64,000 bases of DNA from Nitrospirota bacterium. GTDB taxonomy: Bacteria > Nitrospirota > Nitrospiria > 2-01-FULL-66-17. The stretch is from NCBI GenBank assembly GCA_049325335.1, contig JBMOMC010000001.1:288001-352000 (forward strand), written 5' to 3'. Each line of letters starts with the position of its first letter. Within the stretch, counting starts at the first letter, position 1. Both the position numbers and the translations under genes were made by a program. The notes under the pieces were generated by a model. It saw only the letters and a program-made list of their open reading frames with translations, had not been told where the DNA came from and searched no databases. Positions 21,134-30,536 of the stretch are shown here, piece after piece.

Positions 21134-21450
21134 CGTCATCCGACGCGCGATGGGGGGCGCGCATGAGCATCGATCAAACCGTCCGGGTCCGCACCCGAGA
21201 CGGGGAACGTTCGGCCCGCATGCAAGACCTCAGTCTCACCGGCTGTTTTCTCGAAACCGGATTCAGTTACACCGTCGGGACCATGGTCTCACTGACGTTT
21301 CATCTGCAAAACGACTCCGAGCAGTCCCTCACCATTGAAGCGCGCGTGGCGCGTCGCACCGCCCGCGGCGTGGGCATTCGATTCGTTTTCACCGACGCGC
21401 ACGCGCCCGCAGCGATCAAGCGCTGGGTGGCGTCCCAAGGGACGGAATAG
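21130..21450 (+). CDS. Stand-alone PilZ-domain protein
   Basis: RWGAR (RxxxR) and DLSLTG (DxSxxG) c-di-GMP-binding motifs, GVGIRF; GTG overlaps the upstream stop. Confidence 0.85.
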   Translation: MTSSDARWGARMSIDQTVRVRTRDGERSARMQDLSLTGCFLETGFSYTVGTMVSLTFHLQNDSEQSLTIEARVARRTARGVGIRFVFTDAHAPAAIKRWVASQGTE

Positions 21451-21468
21451 CCGGATCGTCACGCGTCA

Positions 21469-22533
21469 TCAGTACCCGCCCAACGGCGAATAGATGACGG
21501 ACAGGCCGACCAGCCCTTCGAGCCAGGCCTCGGTGTCGCCTTTGGACAAGGGCAGTCGGTTGAGCCGCATTTCGAGCGTAAACCCGTCATGAGCCCCGAC
21601 CGCGCCGAGCACGGTGTACGCGTCATGGCCGCCAGGAAGCAGCGACGCGGTCGGAAATTCTCCCAGCGTCGCCACCACCCGCCCGCGCGGCGACACCGCA
21701 TCGGCGATCGCCGGCAGGTCGTTGAGGCTCGCGTGCACGAACCCGCGGTGCAGCAACTTGGTCGCGGGCTGCAACGCGTGAAACGCGGAGAGCGCGTCCG
21801 TCGGCCATCCCGACAGGTACGTTCGCAACACCGCGGGCTGCACGCCGAGTCGTTCCACCAGCCGCGCCGTCGGCACCAACAGCGCATACCGATCCTCGAT
21901 CACGTATTCGAACTGGCACGGACCGAACGCGTCGGGCCATGACCCGGAGATGCGGCACCCGGGTTCCGCCGACCCCACCATGGGCGCGCCCTCGGACCAG
22001 TCCACGAACAACGGGAGGTCCAACGCTTCGAGCGCCGCGGCCAGGGCCTCGGCCCGCTCGGTCACCCAGCGCTCGCGCCTCGCGTCCTGTCCGCCCTCCC
22101 CCGGCGTCAGAATCTCCGTCGGCACCAGCCGGATCCTGATGAACCCGTGCGTGTCGCGAAACCCGACCCAAAACATCGCTTCGCGATGGTGCGCCGACAG
22201 GTCGCCCACGATGGGAATCCGCCACGGATGGCTGATCGAAAGATACGCTTCCATGGACGCGCGTTCCCGATACAGCTCGTGGTGCCGACCCGCCAGCACG
22301 AACAAATCGCCGGACCACGCCTCGTCGATCTCGATCAACGTGACTTCATCGATCGGCCACGGATCAAGACGCCGCAGGTCCTCCAGGCGATCGACCCAAA
22401 ACTCCTCGAAGTAACACGCGCCCACCTGGTCGGGTGCCCGCACCGGCACCCCCGCGTTCCGCAGCCGGCCGCACAGCCGGAGTAGGTCGTCGAACCCCAC
22501 CGGCTCGCGCGTCTCCCAGCGATGTTCACGCAT
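21469..22533 (-). CDS. Hypothetical protein
   Basis: 354-aa ORF with normal composition directly downstream of mlaD; no recognisable motif. Confidence 0.7.
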   Translation of the reverse strand: MREHRWETREPVGFDDLLRLCGRLRNAGVPVRAPDQVGACYFEEFWVDRLEDLRRLDPWPIDEVTLIEIDEAWSGDLFVLAGRHHELYRERASMEAYLSISHPWRIPIVGDLSAHHREAMFWVGFRDTHGFIRIRLVPTEILTPGEGGQDARRERWVTERAEALAAALEALDLPLFVDWSEGAPMVGSAEPGCRISGSWPDAFGPCQFEYVIEDRYALLVPTARLVERLGVQPAVLRTYLSGWPTDALSAFHALQPATKLLHRGFVHASLNDLPAIADAVSPRGRVVATLGEFPTASLLPGGHDAYTVLGAVGAHDGFTLEMRLNRLPLSKGDTEAWLEGLVGLSVIYSPLGGY

Positions 22534-22560
22534 GAGACGTGAGGTATTTTCGCGGCAGGA

Positions 22561-24000
22561 TTACCGCCGCAACAGGCCGCTGCCGACCAGGTACTTGAGG
22601 TCCTCGTCGTCAAAGGTCAGGCCGCCGCCCACGAACGCGGTGTCGAGTTCGCGATTAAACGGATTGTCGTAGCCGGCTTGCAGGTAGAGGTAGTTGAGGA
22701 AGCGGTACCGGGCGGTGGCTTTGGCGTGGACGTTTTCGGTGAGCGGGTCGTCGCTGGAAAAGTCCCACAGGTCCACGCTGAGCTGCAGGCCGGGCTCGTC
22801 CAGAAAATAGTCCGCGCCCACGCCGAAACTGTTCTCCATCAAACCGCCGCGCAGACCGAGATCGCCGAACCGACGGAAATATTCAATGGAAAATTTGATC
22901 TTGCGTTCGGTTTTGAGTTGTTCCGTCAACGTCGGCGCGCCGTTGTTGACGCTGACGCTGGTAGTGGTCTTGGTGACCCGGCCGAGGGGATCGTCGACCA
23001 CTTCAATGATGTAGCTCTTGTTTTCTCGCGGGGTAATGTGCAAGCCGAAATACCCCTTGTTCTCGCCCTCCGAAAGTTGATACTCGTTGCGCGCGTCGAG
23101 CGTGAGTCGGATTTGGTCGATCTTGTTGAGCGTGCCGCTCAGACCGGTGAGCGCGGTGTTGAGCTTCTCGTAGGCCTGATCGTCGTTGATCAACTTGCCG
23201 AGCGTGCCCTTGCCGGTTTCCAGGTTCTTGGACACGGTGTTGAGGCTCGCCAACGCCTCGTCCAACTTGTTATACGCGGCTTCGTCGGTCAACAATTTGC
23301 CGAGCGTACCGTCTCCGCGCTCAAGGCGATCCGCGATCCGATTGAGCGTGGCCACCAACTTCGGACCCTCGTCGCGCAACGCGCGCATGAACTCCTCGGC
23401 GTGCGCCACCGTGTCTTTCACGCCCTCTCGGTTCTCGGCGACGATGTGATCCAGGTTTTCCGCCACGTTGCGAAAGTGCGTGACGATCTCTTTGAGCGAC
23501 CGCTCGCCCTCGCCCGTGCCCAGCGCGCCGCGCAAGGACGCGGTCACGGCCTTCACGTCATCCGCGATCGCGCCGAACCGGTTGATCAACGTATCCAGAT
23601 CCGCGGTCACTTCCGCCTGGGGAAGTTCGGCGCCGTCACCCACGAATCCGGGCTCTCGGCCCGGGAGGATCTCCACGTATTTGTCGCCCAACAATCCCGC
23701 GGCTTTGACCACGGCTCGGCTGCCGTTGGGGACTCGGAACCCCGGCCGAATCCGCATCAACACCTTGGCGCGGGAGTCTTCCAGCGACATGGCCTCGACT
23801 TCCCCGATCGGCACGCCAGCCATTTTGACCGGCGCGTTTTTATCCAAACCCGCCGCGGAATCGAACAGCGTGGACATCCGCGAGCCTTCCACCTGACGGA
23901 ACGCGAAGTCCTTGAGTTGGAACGACCCCCACAACAACGCCCCCAGCGCCAGCGCCACCACGGCGCCCACGCGCGCTTCCACGCCGAATGCCTTCATCAT
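22561..24000 (-). CDS. mlaD: Long MCE/MlaD protein with a helical region and a C-terminal beta-rich domain
   Basis: N-terminal TM, 'AAGLDKNAPVKMAGVPIGEV', 'GLLGDKYVEI' and GTLGKL repeats. Confidence 0.88.
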   Translation of the reverse strand: MMKAFGVEARVGAVVALALGALLWGSFQLKDFAFRQVEGSRMSTLFDSAAGLDKNAPVKMAGVPIGEVEAMSLEDSRAKVLMRIRPGFRVPNGSRAVVKAAGLLGDKYVEILPGREPGFVGDGAELPQAEVTADLDTLINRFGAIADDVKAVTASLRGALGTGEGERSLKEIVTHFRNVAENLDHIVAENREGVKDTVAHAEEFMRALRDEGPKLVATLNRIADRLERGDGTLGKLLTDEAAYNKLDEALASLNTVSKNLETGKGTLGKLINDDQAYEKLNTALTGLSGTLNKIDQIRLTLDARNEYQLSEGENKGYFGLHITPRENKSYIIEVVDDPLGRVTKTTTSVSVNNGAPTLTEQLKTERKIKFSIEYFRRFGDLGLRGGLMENSFGVGADYFLDEPGLQLSVDLWDFSSDDPLTENVHAKATARYRFLNYLYLQAGYDNPFNRELDTAFVGGGLTFDDEDLKYLVGSGLLRR

Positions 24001-24052
24001 CCTCGGAACTCCACTGGTTGAGTCCTGGAGGCCCGTCCGAATATCGGGGACT

Positions 24053-24178
24053 GGAGCCTGTTCAGGAAGGCGTCAGATGCAAGGCGAAGCGAGGAATCCC
24101 CCCGGAGCGTACTGGTTCGTACGTGAGGAGGGATTCCGAAGCGACAACGCCGCAGATGACCCTTCCTGGACAGGCTCC
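24053..24178. mobile_element. MITE/REP-like palindromic element between mlaF and mlaD
   Basis: 18-bp terminal inverted repeats (GGAGCCTGTTCAGGAAGG / CCTTCCTGGACAGGCTCC, one mismatch) with nested GGAATCCC/GGGATTCC and CGTAC/GTACG arms. Confidence 0.65.
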
Positions 24179-24921
24179 TAGACGGCAATGGGTCCCTCCG
24201 CACTGCCCGTGATAAACTGTCGCACGATCGGGTTGCGGCTCGCCCGGATCTCCTCCGGCGTGCCGACCTCCAGAATTTGGCCTTGGTACAACATCGCGAT
24301 CCGGTCGGCGATTTTGTACGCGCTGGTCATGTCGTGGGTGATGGCGATCGACGTCATTTTCAGTTGCCGCTTGAGACGAATGATCAACTCATTGATCACG
24401 TCGGCCATGATCGGATCCAGCCCCGTGGTGGGCTCGTCGTACAACATGATCTGCGGGTCGTGCGCGATCGCGCGCGCCAACCCCACCCGTTTTTTCATCC
24501 CGCCGGACAAATCCGCGGGCATCATGTCTTCCACGCCCTTGAGCCCCACCAACGCCAGTTTCTCCCGCGCGATCTCTCGAATCTCGCGCGGCGGGCGTTT
24601 GGCGTGCTGGGTGAGCCAGAACCCCACGTTCTCCCACACCGAGAGCGAATCGAACAACGCCGCGCCCTGAAACAACATGCCGAACTTCTTGCGCAGGTCG
24701 GTCAACTGCGTTTCATCCAGACCACCCACTGCCTGGCCGTCCACCACGACCCGGCCCTGATCCGGCGCCATCAGCCCGATCACGTGTTTGAGCAACACGC
24801 TTTTGCCGGTTCCGCTCCCCCCGATGACGACCATGGTTTCTCCGCGCTCAATGGTCAACGTTAACCCCGCGAGCACCACTTTGCTGCCGAATCGCTTGTG
24901 CAAGTCCTGGATCTGGATCAT
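24178..24921 (-). CDS. mlaF: ABC transporter ATP-binding protein MlaF
   Basis: GGSGTGKS, FQGAALFDS, LSGGMKKRVGLARA and YDEPTTGLDP. Confidence 0.93.
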   Translation of the reverse strand: MIQIQDLHKRFGSKVVLAGLTLTIERGETMVVIGGSGTGKSVLLKHVIGLMAPDQGRVVVDGQAVGGLDETQLTDLRKKFGMLFQGAALFDSLSVWENVGFWLTQHAKRPPREIREIAREKLALVGLKGVEDMMPADLSGGMKKRVGLARAIAHDPQIMLYDEPTTGLDPIMADVINELIIRLKRQLKMTSIAITHDMTSAYKIADRIAMLYQGQILEVGTPEEIRASRNPIVRQFITGSAEGPIAV

Positions 24922-25691
24922 CAATACAAGAGCGCCGTCATAATATAGTCCGAGATCAAGATCAACACACACGACACCACCACCGCCCCCGTGGTGGCTT
25001 GCCCCACGCCCTCCGCGCCGCCTTGGGCGTGAAACCCGCGTTGACAACTGATCAGGGCGATGATGCCGCCGAACACCACGGCTTTGAGCAGGCCGCCGTA
25101 CACGTCGGCGACTTCCAGAAAGTCGAACGTACGTTTCATATACACGGTGGGGTTCACGTCCAGGACGAACACCGAGACGCCGAATCCGCCCGCGATCCCG
25201 ATGATGTCGGAAAATACCGTCAAGACCGGCAGCATCAAGACCCCCGCGAGAAATCGCGGCACCACCAGGTATTTGATCGGATTGACGCCCATCGACGCCA
25301 GCGCGTCGATCTGTTCGGTCACGCGCATGGTGCCGAGTTCCGCGGCCATGGCCGCCCCGGCACGCCCCGCGACCATCAACCCCGTGAGCACCGGACCCAG
25401 TTCGCGGGTCATCGACAACGCGACCACCGTGCCCACCAGGCTTTCGGCTTGAAAGCGTTGAAACCCATTGTAGCTTTGCAGCGCCAGCACCATACCCGTG
25501 GACAAACCCGTAATGGCGACCACGGGAATCGACTTGGTTCCCACCTCTTCCATCTGTTTGACGTGCAACCGGAAATCCAACGGCCTGACCAACGCGCCCC
25601 GCAACACCCCCCACCACAACAGCCACAGGCTGCCGATCTCATGGAGCACGGTCAGCGCGATCCGGCCGAGCCCTTCGAGCCAGGACGTCAC
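24921..25691 (-). CDS. mlaE: MlaE permease
   Basis: RELGPV, 'AELGTMRVTEQIDAL' and 'GAEGVGQATT'. Confidence 0.95.
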   Translation of the reverse strand: MTSWLEGLGRIALTVLHEIGSLWLLWWGVLRGALVRPLDFRLHVKQMEEVGTKSIPVVAITGLSTGMVLALQSYNGFQRFQAESLVGTVVALSMTRELGPVLTGLMVAGRAGAAMAAELGTMRVTEQIDALASMGVNPIKYLVVPRFLAGVLMLPVLTVFSDIIGIAGGFGVSVFVLDVNPTVYMKRTFDFLEVADVYGGLLKAVVFGGIIALISCQRGFHAQGGAEGVGQATTGAVVVSCVLILISDYIMTALLY

Positions 25692-26863
25692 GCCGCCATC
25701 CCCGGCCCGCCGTGGTATCGACGCGGCACGCGCGGTCCGATTCCACAGAGCAGTTCATAGGCGATCGTGCCCGCGGCCTCGGCCACGTCTTCAGCGGGCA
25801 GGGACTCCGCGCCCTGCGAGCCGATGAGGACCGCCTCGTCGCCCTCGGCCACGCCCGGCACGTCGGTGGCGTCGACCATGGTCAAATCCATGCACACGCG
25901 GCCGACGACCGGCGCCTTCCGGCCGCGGATCAACACCGCGCCGCGATTCGAGAGGGCGCGGGGGTAGCCGTCCGCGTACCCGATCGGGAGCACGGCGATC
26001 ACGCTCTCACGACTCGTGATAAACGTGCGACCGTAACTGATCGGCGTGTTGGGCGGCACGCGCTTGAGCAAGAGGATCTCCGTGGTCAACGACAAGACGG
26101 GGTTGAGCGTGGTCCCGTCCACCGCCGGTCCCGGGCGACACCCGTACAACATGATCCCCGGACGCACCGCTTCGTACAACGGGCCGTCGCTGGAGCGATC
26201 TCCCGTCGCTCCGAGCGCGCGAGGCCCCTTGATCAAGGCGGCGCTGTTGGCCGCATGCCGGATCGGAATCTTGATTCCGACGCGCGCCAGCGTCTCCGCG
26301 ACCGCGTCGAACCGCGCGATCTGCTCGCGCGCGTACGCCGGGTCCGCCAGGTCGGCGTCGGCAAAATGCGTCATCAACCCGTCAAGGCGCAGACCGGGAT
26401 AGCGGGCCACGCGTGCCGCGGCCTGCGCCGCGGTCTCGACCGGAAACCCCAAACGGCCCATCCCGGTGTCCACCTTGACGTGAACCGACGCGAGACGGCC
26501 CGCGCGCACGGCCGCCGCGTCCAGCGCGGCCGCGTGCTCCAGGTGGAAGATCGCGGCCGACAAGTCCAGTGCTACCACGTCGGACGCCTGCTCGGACGCG
26601 AATCCGCCGAGCACGAGGATCTCGCCCCGCAACCCGGCCTCGCGCAGAATGCGCCCCTCTTCCACCAGGGCCACGCCGAATCGGCGCACGCCGTCGGCCT
26701 CGAGCGCACGGGCCACCGCAACCGCGCCGTGGCCGTAAGCGTCGGCTTTCACCACCGCGATCACGTCGCGACCGCCCGCCAACCGCCGGGCCTGCCCCAG
26801 GTTGACGCGAAGCGCGCCGAGGTCAACGCGGGCGACGGTCGGTCGTCGGGAACACTCGGTCAC
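25688..26863 (-). CDS. alr: Alanine racemase
   Basis: AVVKADAYGHG, VDTGMGRLG, GYADG and GRVCMD. Confidence 0.97.
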   Translation of the reverse strand: MTECSRRPTVARVDLGALRVNLGQARRLAGGRDVIAVVKADAYGHGAVAVARALEADGVRRFGVALVEEGRILREAGLRGEILVLGGFASEQASDVVALDLSAAIFHLEHAAALDAAAVRAGRLASVHVKVDTGMGRLGFPVETAAQAAARVARYPGLRLDGLMTHFADADLADPAYAREQIARFDAVAETLARVGIKIPIRHAANSAALIKGPRALGATGDRSSDGPLYEAVRPGIMLYGCRPGPAVDGTTLNPVLSLTTEILLLKRVPPNTPISYGRTFITSRESVIAVLPIGYADGYPRALSNRGAVLIRGRKAPVVGRVCMDLTMVDATDVPGVAEGDEAVLIGSQGAESLPAEDVAEAAGTIAYELLCGIGPRVPRRYHGGPGMAA

Positions 26864-28029
26864 GGGGGGGCAGCCGCCTTTCGGATGGATTCGGCCTGTT
26901 GCGCCGCGGCTTTGGCCTCGGCGGCCAGGCCCTTGGAGGCGAACAGTTCCGCCTTACGGTCAAAGAGCCGCGCGCGCAGTTCGGGGTCTCCCACCGGAAC
27001 CAAGGCCTCGGCTTCGTCGATGACCCTCCCCGCTTCGTAGGGTTTGTCTTGCGCGATCAACACCTGCGCCAACGTGTCCAGGTAATACGGGGCGCGCGAC
27101 GGGTCCCAGCGCAGCGCGCCGCGCACCAACAACTCGGCCGGATTTAGCGCGCCCTCCTGAAACAACAATCGGCTCTTGCCGTGAGCGCTGCGCGCAAAGT
27201 CCGAGGCTTTCGCCGCAAAATCCGCGGGGGACGCCGACTGCGCTTCGTCGATCAGCCGCACCGCTTCCTCCGGCCGCGCGGTCTCCAGCATCACGTGAAC
27301 CAACACGAACAACGAGTCGGCGGCACGATCGCGATCCCGCCGCACGGCTTCGCGCGCCAACCGTTCGGCGTCGTCGTATTTGCGAGCCGCCAACCGCGCC
27401 TTGCCCTGTTCTAAGGCCAACGACGCGAGCTGCGGGAGATCATCCGCCAGGGTCTCGCGGAGTTTGCTCAAGTTGGGGGCGTCATCCTTCCACTGCGCCG
27501 ACGCGTCATCGATCGCACGACCGGCCTCGAGCGGTTTACCCAGCTTGATCAACACCGCCACCAAGGTGTCCGCGTATTCCGGCCTTGGATCCCACGCCAT
27601 GGCCTTACGCGCCAACGACTCGGCGGACGCAACGCGTTTGCCTTGCGAGAGGTACACCCACGCCAGGTTATTGGCACCGGGTGCGGCCGATGGTCCGCCG
27701 ACGCGTACCGCGCGCCCGTACCAGCCCTCCGCAGCCACGGAATCGCCAGCGGCCGCGGCCAGGTTGCCGAGATTGACCAGCGCCTGCGCATGATTCGGTT
27801 CGGTGCGCAGCGCGGCTTTATATTCCCCGGCGGCGCGTTCGGGGTTGCCGTCGCGCTCATACGCAACACCAAGCGCCACGTGTTCATCGGCGCTGAGGGG
27901 ATCGTGAAACGCCACCACGCGCAACGAGCCGAACACGCCGCACCCGGACGCCGCCAGCGCCCAGGCAACGACCAGGGCCAGCGCGACGCGCGAACGGGGG
28001 ACGATCCCCGGTGATCCCGGCGCGCTCAC
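26860..28029 (-). CDS. TPR-repeat lipoprotein
   Basis: Lipobox-like 'AASGC' and multiple TPRs ('ANNLAWVY', 'YLDTLAQV'). Confidence 0.8.
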   Translation of the reverse strand: MSAPGSPGIVPRSRVALALVVAWALAASGCGVFGSLRVVAFHDPLSADEHVALGVAYERDGNPERAAGEYKAALRTEPNHAQALVNLGNLAAAAGDSVAAEGWYGRAVRVGGPSAAPGANNLAWVYLSQGKRVASAESLARKAMAWDPRPEYADTLVAVLIKLGKPLEAGRAIDDASAQWKDDAPNLSKLRETLADDLPQLASLALEQGKARLAARKYDDAERLAREAVRRDRDRAADSLFVLVHVMLETARPEEAVRLIDEAQSASPADFAAKASDFARSAHGKSRLLFQEGALNPAELLVRGALRWDPSRAPYYLDTLAQVLIAQDKPYEAGRVIDEAEALVPVGDPELRARLFDRKAELFASKGLAAEAKAAAQQAESIRKAAAPP

Positions 28030-28664
28030 GATCGCGGCGCGCCCTCGACGTGTCGGCGCCCGTCAAGCGCCAACGCCCACCATCCGGCGCGTTTCCAGGA
28101 CGCCGTAAACCGGTGATACGACATCGACGCCTCGGGATCACGCCCGGAGTACAACAGAACCCGCTCGGCGACGTCATCGTACCCGACCACGACCACGAAG
28201 TGTCCTTGGCGAACAGGCCCGAAACCGAGATCGAGAAACACCACGAGGGGCTGGTCCTCGGCCACGCGCGAGCGCAGCCATCCCACGGTTGCGGCGGCCG
28301 GAATCACCGCGGCGTCGGCCGCCCGACGCGCCGCGAATCGCGCCAGGTCCAGGGGCAACACGCCCGCGAGCGAGGGCGCGGCCACGGCATCCACAATCTC
28401 CTGAACGGTGACGGCATCGCCCCAGTAGGCGAGTACGCTCGCCAATGCGGCCGGTCCACACGCGCCGGGATCACCCGGCACAAACGGCACACCGACGATC
28501 CGATGGGTGGAGGGAAGAAGGGTGTCGGCCGCGGAACGCATCGCGTTCGGAGCCAGGTCACCGACACACCCGAGGGAAACACTCAATCCGAACACGGCGC
28601 CGAAGCCACGAAGCAGCCCACGCGGCATGGCATCAAGGCCCCCCAGACCGCGGAGTCGGCTCAT
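28026..28664 (-). CDS. C39-like cysteine peptidase (PA2778-type), probable lipoprotein
   Basis: 'VPF....CGPAALASVL' and 'GHFVVVVGYD...LYSG'; lipobox-like SLGC. Confidence 0.8.
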   Translation of the reverse strand: MSRLRGLGGLDAMPRGLLRGFGAVFGLSVSLGCVGDLAPNAMRSAADTLLPSTHRIVGVPFVPGDPGACGPAALASVLAYWGDAVTVQEIVDAVAAPSLAGVLPLDLARFAARRAADAAVIPAAATVGWLRSRVAEDQPLVVFLDLGFGPVRQGHFVVVVGYDDVAERVLLYSGRDPEASMSYHRFTASWKRAGWWALALDGRRHVEGAPRS

Positions 28665-28690
28665 CCCTAAACGCCAGTCGGCGACCTCCG

Positions 28691-29110
28691 TTACTTGGTA
28701 ATGACGACCCGGTGACCGGTCAATTGCAGCAACACCACCACCAGGATCGCGATCACCAATAATCCGATGATCACGCCAAGCCCGCTGTCCCCGCCGGGCT
28801 GCACGCTGTCCAATTGCGCGACGGTTTGGTGAAGCTGCGCGTCGCTCATCTGCGCCACGCGCGCGGACACGTCTTGCGGGCTCATTCCCCAGTCCGCAAG
28901 GCGTTGCGCCACCACTTTCCGTTCAAGATGCGACCGCAGGCGATCGAGATCTGCGGCCCGGTTGTACGAGGCCGCCGCGACCGCGGCTTCCGACCCCACA
29001 AACGATGCCCAGCCCGCCGCCGGAAACGCCGCCATGCCGCCCATCACGACCAACGCGGCGCAAAGGTAGAGAATCAGTGAAGTATTGAACAGTCGCCTGC
29101 GTCCCTGCAT
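28691..29110 (-). CDS. PA2779-family exported protein with a Gly-Gly motif before a C-terminal TM
   Basis: Signal peptide, 'RVAQMSDAQL' and 'QPGGDSGLGVIIGLLVIAILVVVLL'; adjacent to the C39 peptidase. Confidence 0.8.
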   Translation of the reverse strand: MQGRRRLFNTSLILYLCAALVVMGGMAAFPAAGWASFVGSEAAVAAASYNRAADLDRLRSHLERKVVAQRLADWGMSPQDVSARVAQMSDAQLHQTVAQLDSVQPGGDSGLGVIIGLLVIAILVVVLLQLTGHRVVITK

Positions 29111-29132
29111 GAATACCCCTTTCACGAACGGG

Positions 29133-29684
29133 TTAGACCTCCAAGATTTCCGCTTCTTTTTTGGCCAGGATGTCGTCCACTTTGGCCACGTACTGATCGG
29201 TCAGCCGCTGAATGTCCTCTTGCGCGACCCGCTGCGCGTCCTCGGACACGTCCCCGCCCTTCTGCGCCTTCTTGATCTCGTCGTTGACGTCGCGGCGCAC
29301 GTTGCGGACCGACACCTTGGCCTCCTCCCCCATGCGCCGCGCAAGTTTGACGTACTCCTTGCGCCGCTCTTCGGTGAGCGGCGGGATATTCAACCGGATG
29401 AGTTTCCCGTCGTTGGACGGCTGTAAGCCAAGGTTCGCGGACTGGATGGCTTTCTCGATCTCCGGGATCCGGCTGGGTTCCCACGGCTGAATCACGATGG
29501 TCCGGCTCTCGGGGATCGACAGACTTGCCACCTGCTTGAGCGGCATGAGGGTGCCGTAGTAATCGACCTGTACGCTGTCCAAGAGCGAGAGGGACGCGCG
29601 CCCGGTCCGGATGGAGGCCAATTCGCGGCGCAAGTGTTCGATCACCTGCTCCATGCGCTCGCCGCCCTTTTTCTTTACGTCCAC
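29133..29684 (-). CDS. frr: Ribosome recycling factor
   Basis: IRTGRAS, PPLTEERRKE and RNVRRD; GGAGG RBS before GTG 29684. Confidence 0.97.
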   Translation of the reverse strand: MDVKKKGGERMEQVIEHLRRELASIRTGRASLSLLDSVQVDYYGTLMPLKQVASLSIPESRTIVIQPWEPSRIPEIEKAIQSANLGLQPSNDGKLIRLNIPPLTEERRKEYVKLARRMGEEAKVSVRNVRRDVNDEIKKAQKGGDVSEDAQRVAQEDIQRLTDQYVAKVDDILAKKEAEILEV

Positions 29685-29710
29685 GACTCGCCCTCCATCC
29701 GTCGCGATCG

Positions 29711-30454
29711 TCACACGCGCACGCGATCGCCTTCGACCACCGTCCCCAACGCTTCCCCCGACACGATCCGTTTGATATTGTCCTTGTCCTTGAGATTGAA
29801 CACGATGATGGGTAGACGGTTCTCCATGCACAACGTCACCGCCGTGGTATCCATCACCGCCAGACCTTTTTCAATCACCTCGAAGAAGGTGAGGCGCGAG
29901 AACATGGTCGCGCTCCGATCCTTCATGGGGTCGCGATCGTACACCCCGTCCACCTTGGTGCCTTTGAGGATGACTTCGGCGCCGATTTCCATGGCCCGCA
30001 ACGCGGCCGCGGTGTCGGTCGAGAAATACGGATTGCCGGTGCCGCAGGCGAGGATGACCACGCGTTTTTTTTCCAAATGGCGGATCGCCTTGCGACGGAT
30101 ATAGGGCTCGGCCAATTGCCGCATCTCGATGGCGGACTGCACCCGCGTGAGCACGCCCTTGCGCTCCAGCACGCTTTGCAGGGCCAGCGCGTTCATCACG
30201 GTGGCGAGCATACCCATGTAGTCGGCCGAGGAGCGCTCGATCCCGGTGGCCGCGGCCGCCAGCCCTCGGAAAATATTGCCGCCGCCGATCACGATGGCCA
30301 GTTCCACGCCGAGGGCGTTGACCTCTTGAAGTTGGTCCGCGATTTCCCCGACCACCACGGGGTCGATGCCGTAGCCGCGTTCACCGGCCAACACCTCGCC
30401 GCTGAGCTTCAAGAGCACTCGACGGTATTTCAGATCGGCCACGGAGTGTTCCAC
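29711..30454 (-). CDS. pyrH: UMP kinase
   Basis: [23 protein letters not shown] and GNPYFSTD; start may be GTG 30442. Confidence 0.97.
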   Translation of the reverse strand: MEHSVADLKYRRVLLKLSGEVLAGERGYGIDPVVVGEIADQLQEVNALGVELAIVIGGGNIFRGLAAAATGIERSSADYMGMLATVMNALALQSVLERKGVLTRVQSAIEMRQLAEPYIRRKAIRHLEKKRVVILACGTGNPYFSTDTAAALRAMEIGAEVILKGTKVDGVYDRDPMKDRSATMFSRLTFFEVIEKGLAVMDTTAVTLCMENRLPIIVFNLKDKDNIKRIVSGEALGTVVEGDRVRV

Positions 30455-30536
30455 GGACGCGCCCGCAGATCACGGATCACGGCCGATGCGAAGACACGCG
30501 ACTCTCGCGTGCGGCCGTGACCGATAACCTGTAGGC

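Noticed and set aside
24922..25626. Apparent 482-aa MlaF fusion
   Set aside because: The upstream part is an alternative frame of mlaE; the ATPase starts at 24921
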